Shown one piece after another: positions 9,210 to 18,311 of a DNA stretch of 64,000 nt. Location: positions 212,875 through 276,874 of the forward strand of contig DASZWN010000001.1 in assembly GCA_035546575.1 (NCBI GenBank), given 5' to 3'. The notes below the pieces were generated by a model, which worked only from the letters and a program-made list of their open reading frames with translations, was not told where the DNA came from and made no database searches. Position numbers and translations under genes: made by a program. Numbering within the stretch: the stretch's first letter is position 1; each line of letters starts with the position of its first letter. The stretch is from Minisyncoccota bacterium (GTDB taxonomy: Bacteria > Patescibacteriota > Minisyncoccia > Phycocordibacterales > SBAW01).

Positions 9210-9533
9210 ATGATATTTTTCTTGATTATCGGCATTGTATTGGGAGCGCTGCTCGTGGTCTTTATCCTCCAGAACATGATGGTGGTTACCGTGAGCTTCT
9301 TTGCGTGGCAGATGACCGCCAGCTTGGCACTGATCCTCTTTTTGGCGGTGCTATGCGGAGTCACGATCGCACTCCTGCTCCTCCTTCCGAATCTGATTCG
9401 CGACGACCTCCGGCTTTCTCGCGCCAACCGCCGTGCCAAAGAGCTCGAGAACGAGCTTGCCGACCAAAAAGCCGCTCATGTAGCCATTGCTGCAGCACCA
9501 ACCACCCCAGCCCTGGAGGAAACAGTTCTGTAA
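9210..9533 (+). CDS. LapA/DUF1049 family membrane protein
   Basis: FILQN...V.VSFF.W, two TM segments and a coiled-coil tail. Confidence 0.8.
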   Translation: MIFFLIIGIVLGALLVVFILQNMMVVTVSFFAWQMTASLALILFLAVLCGVTIALLLLLPNLIRDDLRLSRANRRAKELENELADQKAAHVAIAAAPTTPALEETVL

Positions 9534-9611
9534 ATAACTGCATGAAGGTGCTTCAGGATAGCTTCATGCAATAGGCGTACGCTGACTACATTAAAAGTTT
9601 ATTTAGCGCGT

Positions 9612-9764
9612 ATGTTATACACAATCGCAGTCATCTTGGTCGTTTTGTGGCTTTTGGGTCTGGTGACTTCGTACACCATCGGCGGCTTCATACATATTCT
9701 TCTTGTGATCGCGATCATCATGGTGCTCTTGCGCTTGATCCAAGGCCGCAATCCTATTCAGTAA
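9612..9764 (+). CDS. lmo0937-family small membrane protein (50 aa)
   Basis: Manual translation MLYTIAVILVVLWLLGLVTSYTIGGFIHILLVIAIIMVLLRLIQGRNPIQ; below the ORF-track size cut-off. Confidence 0.88.
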   Translation: MLYTIAVILVVLWLLGLVTSYTIGGFIHILLVIAIIMVLLRLIQGRNPIQ

Positions 9765-9785
9765 TTACAAACTTATCGGCAGCTT

Positions 9786-10277
9786 ATGAAAACATCTACC
9801 GTACTCGGCATCGTCGTAGTGATCCTGATTGTCTTAGGAGGCTGGTATTGGTGGGCACACATGCCTGCTTCTCCAACAACACCAGAGCAGGGGACAACGG
9901 TTAACACCAATCCAAACGGCTCCGACTATCAGCCGGGCAACTTGCTCCTCGGCACCGATGCAACAACAAGCCTCGGTACCTACCTTATTGCAAGCAACGG
10001 CATGACGCTCTACAGCTTTACCAAAGACGGCAATGCAAGCTCAACATGCTACGGCCAGTGTGCCGTAACGTGGCCGCCCTACACCGTTGGCGATGCAAGC
10101 TATCTCTCTAACATCCAGGCAGGTGTTGAGGGTGATGTCGGTTCGATCGTTCGCGCCGACGGCTCAACGCAGGTTACCTACAACGGCCACCCGCTCTACT
10201 TCTACGCGCAAGATGAGGCCTCCGGCGACACCAAAGGGCAGAACGTAAATAGCGCTTGGTTCGTGGTCAAACCATAG
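9786..10277 (+). CDS. COG4315-type secreted protein with Y-X4-D repeats
   Basis: GMTLYSFTKD..STCYGQCAVTWPP..RADG..QVTYNGHPLYFY.QD...GD.KGQ. Confidence 0.88.
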   Translation: MKTSTVLGIVVVILIVLGGWYWWAHMPASPTTPEQGTTVNTNPNGSDYQPGNLLLGTDATTSLGTYLIASNGMTLYSFTKDGNASSTCYGQCAVTWPPYTVGDASYLSNIQAGVEGDVGSIVRADGSTQVTYNGHPLYFYAQDEASGDTKGQNVNSAWFVVKP

Positions 10278-10294
10278 CACGCCCGCCCTAATTA

Positions 10295-10323
10295 TTGACA
10301 AAAAGGGTAAAAAAGAGTATAAT
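10295..10323 (+). promoter_or_regulatory. Consensus sigma70 promoter for rlmB
   Basis: TTGACA (10295-10300), 17-nt spacer, TATAAT (10318-10323). Confidence 0.85.
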
Positions 10324-10333
10324 TAGTGGTATT

Positions 10334-11083
10334 GTGACGCAGGGAAAAATCTACATATATGGCAAACATGCCGTGGAGGAAGCTCTGCGGCATGTTCCGC
10401 ATATCGTGCGCAAAATCTACATCTCTCCGCGCATGGAGGACAGCAAGCTGCGCACGCTCATTAACCGCAGCGGTGTTGCTGCCGACACGCTCGATGAGCG
10501 TAAGGTCTCCTCGCAGGTGGAAGGGGGAGCCTCGCACCAGGGCATTATTGCCCTTATCTCGCTCTCGAGCCTCGTCATTCCTTTTGAAAAGTTTCTCGAT
10601 ACATTCGTGCCGACCCCGGACACCGCCATACTGTTTTTGAGCGAGGTGCAAGATCCGCACAACGTGGGTGCGGCAATACGCTCTGCTGCCGCTTTTGGCG
10701 CAGCTGCAGTGCTGATGCCCACGCACAAACAATCGCCGATCACCGGCGCTGTCGTAAAGTCTTCTGCAGGAATGGCGTTGCGTATACCACTTGTCTCGGT
10801 AGAAAATACGCAGCAGGCAATAGCGAGCCTCAAGAAAAGGGGCATGCGCGTGTACGGTCTTGCGGGCGAGGCAAAGCGCTCAATCCATGACGAGGCGTTT
10901 GCGGAGCCCGCACTTTTTATACTCGGCAACGAGGGGAGCGGTATCGCGCCGTCGGCAAAAGCATTGTGCGACGAAATGCTCTCGATACCAATGAGCCCGC
11001 GCGCGGAGTCGCTCAATGTCGCGGCCTCGGGCGCCGTAGCGCTCTTTGCGTGGAGTCGCAAACATCTCAGCGCGCTGAAATAA
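10334..11083 (+). CDS. rlmB: 23S rRNA (guanosine-2'-O)-methyltransferase, SpoU/TrmH family
   Basis: IYGKHAVEE, HQGIIA, DPHNVGAAIRSAAAFG, GNEGSG, ESLNVA. Start moved to GTG 10334 because the track's TTG is the -35 box. Confidence 0.88.
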   Translation: MTQGKIYIYGKHAVEEALRHVPHIVRKIYISPRMEDSKLRTLINRSGVAADTLDERKVSSQVEGGASHQGIIALISLSSLVIPFEKFLDTFVPTPDTAILFLSEVQDPHNVGAAIRSAAAFGAAAVLMPTHKQSPITGAVVKSSAGMALRIPLVSVENTQQAIASLKKRGMRVYGLAGEAKRSIHDEAFAEPALFILGNEGSGIAPSAKALCDEMLSIPMSPRAESLNVAASGAVALFAWSRKHLSALK

Positions 11084-11165
11084 TTTCTGTAAGCAGAGTG
11101 TAGTACAAGATGGAGGTGATCGTGCGGATAATATGCTGAGGAGCATGTAGGTGTACTATAGGCAG

Positions 11166-11774
11166 GTGGAGGAAGCACGTATCCAGCCAAGCGACCCATC
11201 TCGCTCAGCGCGAGCCGAGACGGACGAAGAGCTCGCACGCCGCGTACAAAGCGGCGACAAAGAAGTCTTCGGCGCTCTGATGGAGCGCTACGAACAAAAG
11301 CTATTGCGGTATGGCGCAAAGTTTTTGGCCACCCACGATGACATTGTCGACATCGTGCAGGATGTATTTATCCGCACCTACCAAAACATCCAGAGCTTCG
11401 ACACATCGCAGCGGTTTTCTCCCTGGATATACCGCATCGCCCATAACGCCTTTGTAAATGCGCTCAAGAGGAGATCTTACAATCCACTGACGCTTGTCGA
11501 TTTTGATACCTTTATCTCGCATGTGGCCTATGAGGATCCGGCTCCTAAAGAGCGTGAACGTAAAGAGATGCGAGCAATGATAGACAAAGGGCTCGAAGAG
11601 CTCCAACCTAAATACCGCGAAGTGCTCATACTCCACTACCTCGAAGATATGCCATACAAAGAAATAGCCGATATTTTACAGATACCTTCGGGTACCGTGG
11701 GTATCCGCATCAAGCGCGCAAAAGAGGCGCTTAAGGGCGTGTATCAAAAAATGAATTTGGACTATGGAGCATAA
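11166..11774 (+). CDS. ECF RNA polymerase sigma factor
   Basis: Region 2 DIVQDVFIR..FSPWIYRIAHN; region 4 YKEIADIL.IP.GTV..RI.RA. Start GTG 11166 (alternative 11151). Confidence 0.92.
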   Translation: MEEARIQPSDPSRSARAETDEELARRVQSGDKEVFGALMERYEQKLLRYGAKFLATHDDIVDIVQDVFIRTYQNIQSFDTSQRFSPWIYRIAHNAFVNALKRRSYNPLTLVDFDTFISHVAYEDPAPKERERKEMRAMIDKGLEELQPKYREVLILHYLEDMPYKEIADILQIPSGTVGIRIKRAKEALKGVYQKMNLDYGA

Positions 11775-12495
11775 CCCTCACACACAGAGTGTACGCGAAA
11801 GCGTGCTCAACAAAATCCGCACCAACGAGCTCACACAACGCCCACGAATCTTTTTTATGCTCAATGTGGCGGCGGTAGTCTTGGTGGCACTTGCAGTACT
11901 CGTACTCTCGGTGCTTATCTTCAACTTTATTTTGTTCATGCTGCGGATTAACAGCCACGACACTCTTTTGGGTTTTGGTCCGCGTGGCTTAGAGCTGTTT
12001 ATCTATGTGTTTCCATGGCCACTGTTCTTTATCGACGTATTTCTGGTCCTGGCGCTCGAGTGGTTGATCCGTAAGTTCCGCATCGGTTACAAGATACCGG
12101 CACTCTATTTGCTCCTCGGGCTTCTCTTGGCAACCGCCGCCGCCTCGTTCTATATTGATCGCGGTACCGACTTTAACGATAAGCTCCTTCACCGCGCAGA
12201 CCGGCACGAATTGTTTTTTGTAGGCACGTTTGTTGAAGGTGCGCGCCGCCCTATGCCGGGTAGCGGCGTATGCGTATGCACCATAACCGCCATAGCAGGG
12301 AATACTCTTACGGTTGCCGATACTCGCAGCGGCACTACTACCGAGCTCACGGTCCTTTTGCCGCTTGATGACCCTCGCGCCACCACCACCTCGCTCAAGG
12401 TGGGTGATAGAGTATTTATTGCGGGCGATGCCGTTAGCGGAGCACTACGTGCGTTCGGCGTGCGCAAGGTCCCGGTGCAATCGAAGGTGCGATAA
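11764..12495 (+). CDS. Membrane protein, putative anti-sigma factor with C-terminal OB-like domain
   Basis: Overlaps the ECF sigma stop; 3-4 TM segments and a beta-rich C-terminus with CxC. Function inferred from position. Confidence 0.6.
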   Translation: MEHNPHTQSVRESVLNKIRTNELTQRPRIFFMLNVAAVVLVALAVLVLSVLIFNFILFMLRINSHDTLLGFGPRGLELFIYVFPWPLFFIDVFLVLALEWLIRKFRIGYKIPALYLLLGLLLATAAASFYIDRGTDFNDKLLHRADRHELFFVGTFVEGARRPMPGSGVCVCTITAIAGNTLTVADTRSGTTTELTVLLPLDDPRATTTSLKVGDRVFIAGDAVSGALRAFGVRKVPVQSKVR

Positions 12496-12522
12496 TAACC
12501 TTATGTGTAATGTAACCCACAT

Positions 12523-12927
12523 ATGAATCTAAAAATACTCGCAGGAATTATTCTAGCGTTCGTGGCGGTTGCAGGAGGTATATTGTTTTTTATTTCGCCG
12601 AGCGCGCCCGAGCAGGCTCCAACTACTGGAGAGCGGCAAGACCCTTCTCAGCAGGTGTCTACTTCCACCGGCGAAGCATCTTCATCATCCTCGATAAGTA
12701 TGGAGATGGTTGCGGGGCATAATTCTGCGGCAAGCTGCTGGAGCACTATAAACGGTAAAGTGTACGACCTCACTTCATGGATTAACCGCCATCCCGGCGG
12801 ACCGGACGCCATCCTTTCGCTATGCGGCAAAGACGGATCCTCCGCATTTAATGCTCAGCATGGCGGGCAATCTCGCCCCGCCAACGAGCTCGCAGGCTTC
12901 TATATAGGAGACGCTGCGACGCACTAA
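12523..12927 (+). CDS. Membrane-anchored cytochrome b5-like heme-binding protein
   Basis: HNSAASCW..INGKVYDLT.W...HPGG...I...CGKDGS.AF..QH; both axial His residues present. Confidence 0.92.
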   Translation: MNLKILAGIILAFVAVAGGILFFISPSAPEQAPTTGERQDPSQQVSTSTGEASSSSSISMEMVAGHNSAASCWSTINGKVYDLTSWINRHPGGPDAILSLCGKDGSSAFNAQHGGQSRPANELAGFYIGDAATH

Positions 12928-12931
12928 TCAG

Positions 12932-13366
12932 ATGAGCCTCTACACAGTTGTTTTTTATAGCCACTTAGCGTCGCTCGCGCTTGCTGCTGTGGGTGTGTTA
13001 TATGCCGACAAGCTCGGTTTTTCTTGGTTGCGCGGCAAACAGGAAACACTCCAAAAAATGCATCTTGTATGGGCACATTACCTAGTCTCATGCGCGCTCG
13101 TACTACTTATCCTTTCTGGGTTGTATCTGTTTTGGCCAATGCGCGTATACCTGCTTCATCAATGGCTCTTTTACGTTAAGATGGCGTTCGTGCTTGCGCT
13201 TATCGTAAACTCTTTTGCGATAGGAAAGTTAATGCACACCGCCACGCACACGCCGCATCACACGCTCTCGTGGAGTGAAAAGCTCCCGTTCTATATAAGC
13301 GGCATTGTGTCTATGGTATGTTGGGCGGGTGCCGGAGTAACCGCGCTCCTGCTGTTTTACTTTTAG
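12932..13366 (+). CDS. Hypothetical 4-TM membrane protein
   Basis: Four hydrophobic helices with His in TM1 and TM2; FYVKMAFV motif. Confidence 0.7.
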   Translation: MSLYTVVFYSHLASLALAAVGVLYADKLGFSWLRGKQETLQKMHLVWAHYLVSCALVLLILSGLYLFWPMRVYLLHQWLFYVKMAFVLALIVNSFAIGKLMHTATHTPHHTLSWSEKLPFYISGIVSMVCWAGAGVTALLLFYF

Positions 13367-13449
13367 CGCAATGAAATAAAGCAGGCTCACCGGTTGTACT
13401 AAGGGCAAGCAGGCGCATGCCGTTTTTATTATTTTCGACGCTTATAGAT

Positions 13450-15252
13450 ATGACACACAGCGCTAAGCAGCTTTATGGTGGGACGGCAAAACGCATTGGC
13501 GCCTGGTTTACCTCGGTTAAAAAGTACGCCTTTGCGCACAAATTTATCAGCGCAATCGTGATCGTCGTCCTGCTCGGGGGCGGGTGGTGGGTGTATGGCA
13601 AAGCAACTGCCGCGCACGCCGAGACGCGCTATGTGCTCGGCAACGTAGAGAAAGGGACGATCATCAGCACTGTTTCGGGTTCGGGCCAAGTGTCAGCGTC
13701 TCGTCAGCTTGATATAAAACCGGAAGTATCGGGTAAATTAATATACATCGGCGTTAAGCCAGGGCAGAAAGTGCAGCAAGGCGCGTTGATCGCTGAAGTA
13801 GATCCTACAAGCGCGCAAAAAGCATTGCGCGACGCGCAAAATAATTTGGAGACGGCAAAACTCACGCTTGAGAAGCTGCAAAAACCGGTAACGGGCCTTT
13901 CCCTGATACAAGCGCAAAATGCCGTAACAAGCGCGCAGGATTCGCTTACAAAAACCTACAGCGACAGCGAAAGCGATATCGTGGCTGCCTTCTTGGCATT
14001 GCCTGATATCATGAGCGGCCTGCAAAACATTGTTATCGGTACTACTGCCAGCCATGGCAGCCAATGGAATATCGACTACTACCGTGATGCCTCTGCCAAC
14101 TACGACAGTAAGGCATTTTCGTATCGTGACGATGCATACAACACCTATATCACTGCAAAAGCGGCGTACGACAAAACATTTGCCGACTACCAGGCCGCAG
14201 GCAACTCGCCGAGCACTGCAACGATAGAGTCGCTCGCTGCTGAGACCAATGACATGCTCAAGACAATTGCTGCAGCGCTCAAGAGCTCAAACTCATTTAT
14301 CCAATTCTATTCCGACACGATTACCAATCATAATCAGAATCCATCGAGTGTTGCGACTGCCGCTATAGCGTCGCTCGGTTCCTACATTAGCACCGCTACA
14401 AACCAGCTCTCGGCGCTCTCCGGCGACACCACAAGCATCAAGACCGGCAAACAAAATATCATTGAGAAGACTCAGTCGCTTGCAGATTTGACCGATGGCC
14501 CGGACGACCTCGATGTGCGCAGCGACCAGCTCACCATTCAGCAGCGCCAAGACGCAGTGACCGACGCGCAGGATACGCTTGCTAAGTATTATGTGCGTGC
14601 GCCGTTTGCGGGCACGATAACTGCGGTCAATGCATACGTAGGCGACGACGCGGGCACCGCTGCTGTCGCAAGCATCATCACCCCGCAGCAGATTGTCGAG
14701 CTCTCGCTCAACGAGGTTGATGCGGCAAAAGTAAAAGTCGGCAACAAGGCAACCCTTACGTTCGACGCTATCGACGACCTCTCGCTCACTGGGAGTGTGG
14801 CGCAAGTAGACTCGGTCGGTGCAGTGAGCCAGGGCGTAGTGAGCTACAAGGTACAGATCAGCCTCGACACCCAAGATGTGCGCGTAAAACCGGGCATGAC
14901 CGTTAACGCGAGCATCCAGACCGACGTGCATACTGATGTGCTTACCGTGCCATCGAGCGCGGTTAAGACGACAAACGGTGTAAGCGTAGTGCAGGTGTTT
15001 ACGCCGCCGCTTGCAGACACAGGCGGTACCGCAGGTGTTGTATCAAAGACGTTGCCTGTGCCTGTGCAAGTTACAACAGGCATTTCCGACGACACCAACA
15101 TCGAGATACTCTCCGGCCTGACAGAAGGAGAGCAGGTGGTGACCCGCACTATTTCCGGCACTGCGGCTGCAGCAACTACGCGCACTACCACTACCAACAG
15201 AGGCGGCTTTGGCGGCGGCGCAGCCCCGGCTGGAGCGGCGATACGACTCTAA
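13450..15252 (+). CDS. Efflux periplasmic adaptor (MacA/HlyD family) with long coiled coil
   Basis: VSGSGQV, lipoyl halves (GKLIYI.VK.GQKV..G, VRAPFAGTI), EVDAAKVKVG, KPGMTVNA. Confidence 0.88.
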   Translation: MTHSAKQLYGGTAKRIGAWFTSVKKYAFAHKFISAIVIVVLLGGGWWVYGKATAAHAETRYVLGNVEKGTIISTVSGSGQVSASRQLDIKPEVSGKLIYIGVKPGQKVQQGALIAEVDPTSAQKALRDAQNNLETAKLTLEKLQKPVTGLSLIQAQNAVTSAQDSLTKTYSDSESDIVAAFLALPDIMSGLQNIVIGTTASHGSQWNIDYYRDASANYDSKAFSYRDDAYNTYITAKAAYDKTFADYQAAGNSPSTATIESLAAETNDMLKTIAAALKSSNSFIQFYSDTITNHNQNPSSVATAAIASLGSYISTATNQLSALSGDTTSIKTGKQNIIEKTQSLADLTDGPDDLDVRSDQLTIQQRQDAVTDAQDTLAKYYVRAPFAGTITAVNAYVGDDAGTAAVASIITPQQIVELSLNEVDAAKVKVGNKATLTFDAIDDLSLTGSVAQVDSVGAVSQGVVSYKVQISLDTQDVRVKPGMTVNASIQTDVHTDVLTVPSSAVKTTNGVSVVQVFTPPLADTGGTAGVVSKTLPVPVQVTTGISDDTNIEILSGLTEGEQVVTRTISGTAAAATTRTTTTNRGGFGGGAAPAGAAIRL

Positions 15253-15974
15253 TGATAGAAATAAAAAACATTACCAAGACCTACGGCTCGGGAGAAAACG
15301 AGTTCCAAGCGCTTAAAGGGGTGTCGTTTACTATCGAAGACGGCGAGTTTGTCGCTATCATGGGCCCCTCGGGCTCGGGCAAGTCGACACTCATGCATAT
15401 CTTGGGCTGCCTCGACACGCCCACATCCGGCTCGTACCATCTCGACCATAAAGATGTATCTAAGTTAGACGACGAGGAGCTCGCGGAGATCCGCAAAGAC
15501 AAAATCGGATTCGTGTTCCAGTCGTTTAACCTGCTGCCGCGCACCACGGTGCTCCGCAACGTGATGCTGCCGCTTATATATGCGGGAGTGGGGGAAGGCG
15601 AGCGAGAAAAGCGTGCCATACAATCGCTGCTCTCGGCGGGCATGGTAGAGACGCACTTTTTGCACAAGAGCAACGAACTCTCGGGCGGCCAGATACAGCG
15701 CGTGGCTATCGCCCGCGCGCTGGTTAACGACCCGTCGCTTATTCTGGCCGACGAGCCGACCGGCAACCTCGACACGCGCACCGGCGAGATCGTACTCGGC
15801 ACGTTCCAAAAATTAAATAAGGAGCACGGCCGCACTATTGTGCTCATTACGCACGAGCAAGACGTTGCCGAGCACGCAAAGCGCATTATTGTGCTGCGCG
15901 ACGGCGTGATACTCTCCGACAAAAAACATCAGCAGAAAATCGCGCATATCCACAAAGAGGCACAAACATCATGA
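15252..15974 (+). CDS. ABC transporter ATP-binding protein (MacB/LolD-like)
   Basis: [37 protein letters not shown]. Confidence 0.93.
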   Translation: MIEIKNITKTYGSGENEFQALKGVSFTIEDGEFVAIMGPSGSGKSTLMHILGCLDTPTSGSYHLDHKDVSKLDDEELAEIRKDKIGFVFQSFNLLPRTTVLRNVMLPLIYAGVGEGEREKRAIQSLLSAGMVETHFLHKSNELSGGQIQRVAIARALVNDPSLILADEPTGNLDTRTGEIVLGTFQKLNKEHGRTIVLITHEQDVAEHAKRIIVLRDGVILSDKKHQQKIAHIHKEAQTS

Positions 15975-17206
15975 CCCTCAAAGACACACTGCAAGAAACA
16001 TATGCCGCGCTCTCGGCCAACAAAGTGCGCTCGGGGCTCACCATCTTGGGCATTGTGATAGGCATCTCGTCGGTTATAGCAATGGTCTCGATCGGGAGCG
16101 GCGCCTCCAACTCGATCTCCTCGAGCATCAACTCGCTCGGCTCCAACTTGCTCCAGATTATGCCGGGTGCCATACGCGCAGTCGGCGGATTCTCGGTGTC
16201 GGCGGGTCGCGGGGGAGCAAAGACGCTCACGCAGGCCGATGCCGACGCGATACTCGCGCAAGTGGCCGATGTGCAGGCGGTGGCATCGGAAGTAACGGGC
16301 CGATATCAAATTACTGCAAAGGGCACCAATACCAACACGACCGTTGATGGCACTACCAGCGGTTATCCTGCAATCCGCAATGTCTCTGTGGCCGAGGGTT
16401 CGTTTATTAGCGACACTCAAAATGACTCTGCTGCAAAGGTTGCAGTACTCGGGCCCACCACGATGACAGACTTGTTTGGCGAGGACGCCGATGCTGCTTC
16501 AGTGGTGGGGCAAGCTATCCGTATCAAGGGCATGGAGTTTAAAGTGATAGGCATCACTGCGGCAAAAGGGGGGAGCGGTTTCAGTAATGCCGACGACATT
16601 ATTTATATTCCGGCAAAAAGCGCCCAGCGCTACCTTTCGGGCGATCAATACCTAACCTCCATAGACGTGCAGGCGGTTAATGCCGACAGCATGACGCAGG
16701 TACAGGCCGACATCACCGCGCTCTTGCTCGACAGGCACCATATCTCCGACGAGACGCAGGCCGACTTTAGCGTGCTCAACCAGGCGGACATCTTGGCCTC
16801 CGCCTCGAGCATCACCGCAACGCTCACGTATTTGCTTGCGGCTATTGGCGGTATCAGTTTGTTGGTGGGCGGCATCGGGATCATGAACATGATGCTCACC
16901 ACAGTGACCGAGCGCACGCGCGAGATAGGCTTGCGCAAAGCAATCGGTGCCAAAAAGAGCGACATCACCAAACAGTTTTTGATCGAGGCAATAGCGCTCA
17001 CGCTTGTAGGTGGCGCTATCGGTATCGCGCTTGGTTGGCTGATATCAGCCGCAGTTAACCTCACGGGGCTTGTCTCAACCAGTGTCTCGCTCACTTCTAT
17101 CCTCATTGCGTTCGGCGTGTCTGCCTTGATAGGCATCGTGTTCGGATACTATCCGGCGCGCCGGGCGGCAGGGCTGAACCCTATCGAGGCGTTAAGGTAC
17201 GAGTGA
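15971..17206 (+). CDS. ABC transporter permease (MacB family)
   Basis: RSGLTILGIVIGI, VGGIGIMNMML.TVTERTREIGLRKAIGA, PARRAA.LNPIEALRYE. Confidence 0.93.
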   Translation: MTLKDTLQETYAALSANKVRSGLTILGIVIGISSVIAMVSIGSGASNSISSSINSLGSNLLQIMPGAIRAVGGFSVSAGRGGAKTLTQADADAILAQVADVQAVASEVTGRYQITAKGTNTNTTVDGTTSGYPAIRNVSVAEGSFISDTQNDSAAKVAVLGPTTMTDLFGEDADAASVVGQAIRIKGMEFKVIGITAAKGGSGFSNADDIIYIPAKSAQRYLSGDQYLTSIDVQAVNADSMTQVQADITALLLDRHHISDETQADFSVLNQADILASASSITATLTYLLAAIGGISLLVGGIGIMNMMLTTVTERTREIGLRKAIGAKKSDITKQFLIEAIALTLVGGAIGIALGWLISAAVNLTGLVSTSVSLTSILIAFGVSALIGIVFGYYPARRAAGLNPIEALRYE

Positions 17207-17267
17207 ACAAATCTCCTTCGTAGAAGGAAGATTTTTCACAAATTAATAGAGAAAGATTTAAAAATAT

Positions 17268-17723
17268 ATGAGCAAAAACAATAAAATCATCGCAGCTGTA
17301 GTTGTAGTTGTGCTTATGGGCGCAAGTTTTTACGGCGGCATGGTCTATGCAAAAAGCGGTACTGGTGCGCGAGCTAACTTTGCCAATGGCACCACAGTTA
17401 CCTTTACCCGCGGCATGGGTGCGGGCGGCATGGCAGGCGGTCGCGGTTTTACGAGCGGCGGGTTTACGGCAGGCAAAATCATCTCGAACTCCGGCACCAG
17501 CATCTCGATCCAGCAGCAAAATGGCAGCAGCAGCGAGATAGTACTCATTAGCCCGTCAACGCAGATACTAAAATCGGCGTCTGGCACGGCGAGTGACCTT
17601 ACGGAGGGTACGCAAGTCACGGTTACGGGTACGACTAATAGCGATGGCAGCGTTACAGCGCAGTCCATCCAGATCCGCCCAGCGGGTGTGGGGTTTGAGG
17701 TACGCGGAGCACAGACACAATAG
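17268..17723 (+). CDS. Exported Gly-rich protein with OB-fold-like (DUF5666-like) domain
   Basis: N-terminal TM, Gly-rich linker, GKII..DL.EGTQVTV.G..NSDGSVTAQSIQI. Confidence 0.7.
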   Translation: MSKNNKIIAAVVVVVLMGASFYGGMVYAKSGTGARANFANGTTVTFTRGMGAGGMAGGRGFTSGGFTAGKIISNSGTSISIQQQNGSSSEIVLISPSTQILKSASGTASDLTEGTQVTVTGTTNSDGSVTAQSIQIRPAGVGFEVRGAQTQ

Positions 17724-17765
17724 GTCTTCATCGAAATTTAACTCGGGAGTAGCCATACTTACAGT

Positions 17766-17969
17766 ATGGCTATCTTTTTTATTGTCATGGGAGTGCTCGT
17801 GCTGGTGGTGTTTGGCCTGGGCCTGGCCCAGTGGGCAGAGGGCGCAGATGCTATTGATAAAGAAGAAAAGCAAAAAGTCCGAGCAGAAAGCCCGCGGTTA
17901 ATAATCCCTTCAGACAGTATCCGTATACTGAGTGAGGTCGAAGCAGATTACTCGCATATTCGCATCTAA
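17766..17969 (+). CDS. Small hypothetical membrane protein
   Basis: N-terminal TM helix; CATACT -10 box 6 nt upstream. Confidence 0.55.
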   Translation: MAIFFIVMGVLVLVVFGLGLAQWAEGADAIDKEEKQKVRAESPRLIIPSDSIRILSEVEADYSHIRI

Positions 17970-17980
17970 TCAATAAAAAT

Positions 17981-18118
17981 ATGACAAACGATAATCGCAA
18001 TACGTCGCAGGGCAGCAACAAAGATTCAAATCGCTCAGACACCTCTTCTCAAAACACCAACTCAACAGGCAGCCAGAGCGACAGCTCTCGCGGCTCGATG
18101 GATAACTCGCGAGAGTAA
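17981..18118 (+). CDS. Small hydrophilin-like protein (45 aa)
   Basis: Manual translation MTNDNRNTSQGSNKDSNRSDTSSQNTNSTGSQSDSSRGSMDNSRE; followed by a terminator-like hairpin. Confidence 0.5.
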   Translation: MTNDNRNTSQGSNKDSNRSDTSSQNTNSTGSQSDSSRGSMDNSRE

Positions 18119-18137
18119 ATCCTACAACATACTACAC

Positions 18138-18177
18138 ACAGCACAGCGGGTCGCCCATGCGACCCGCTGTGCTGTTT
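18138..18177 (+). terminator. Long hairpin, probable terminator
   Basis: ACAGCACAGCGGGTCGC-ccat-GCGACCCGCTGTGCTGT, a 17-bp perfect stem. Confidence 0.7.
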
Positions 18178-18311
18178 GATATATAAGAGTTTTTGATGTA
18201 TTATATAAGTATAGCTCGGGGCCAGCCCGGCTTCTTTTTATAGTCTAGCGAGTGAGAGAAAAGGAGGGGCTTTCCTTCCTTTTCCGAGCGAGCGACGATT
18301 ATATTCATAAT

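Noticed and set aside
11088-11100. TGTAAGCAG as an ECF promoter motif (also at about 20605)
   Set aside because: Two occurrences with no consistent -10 element; insufficient support.
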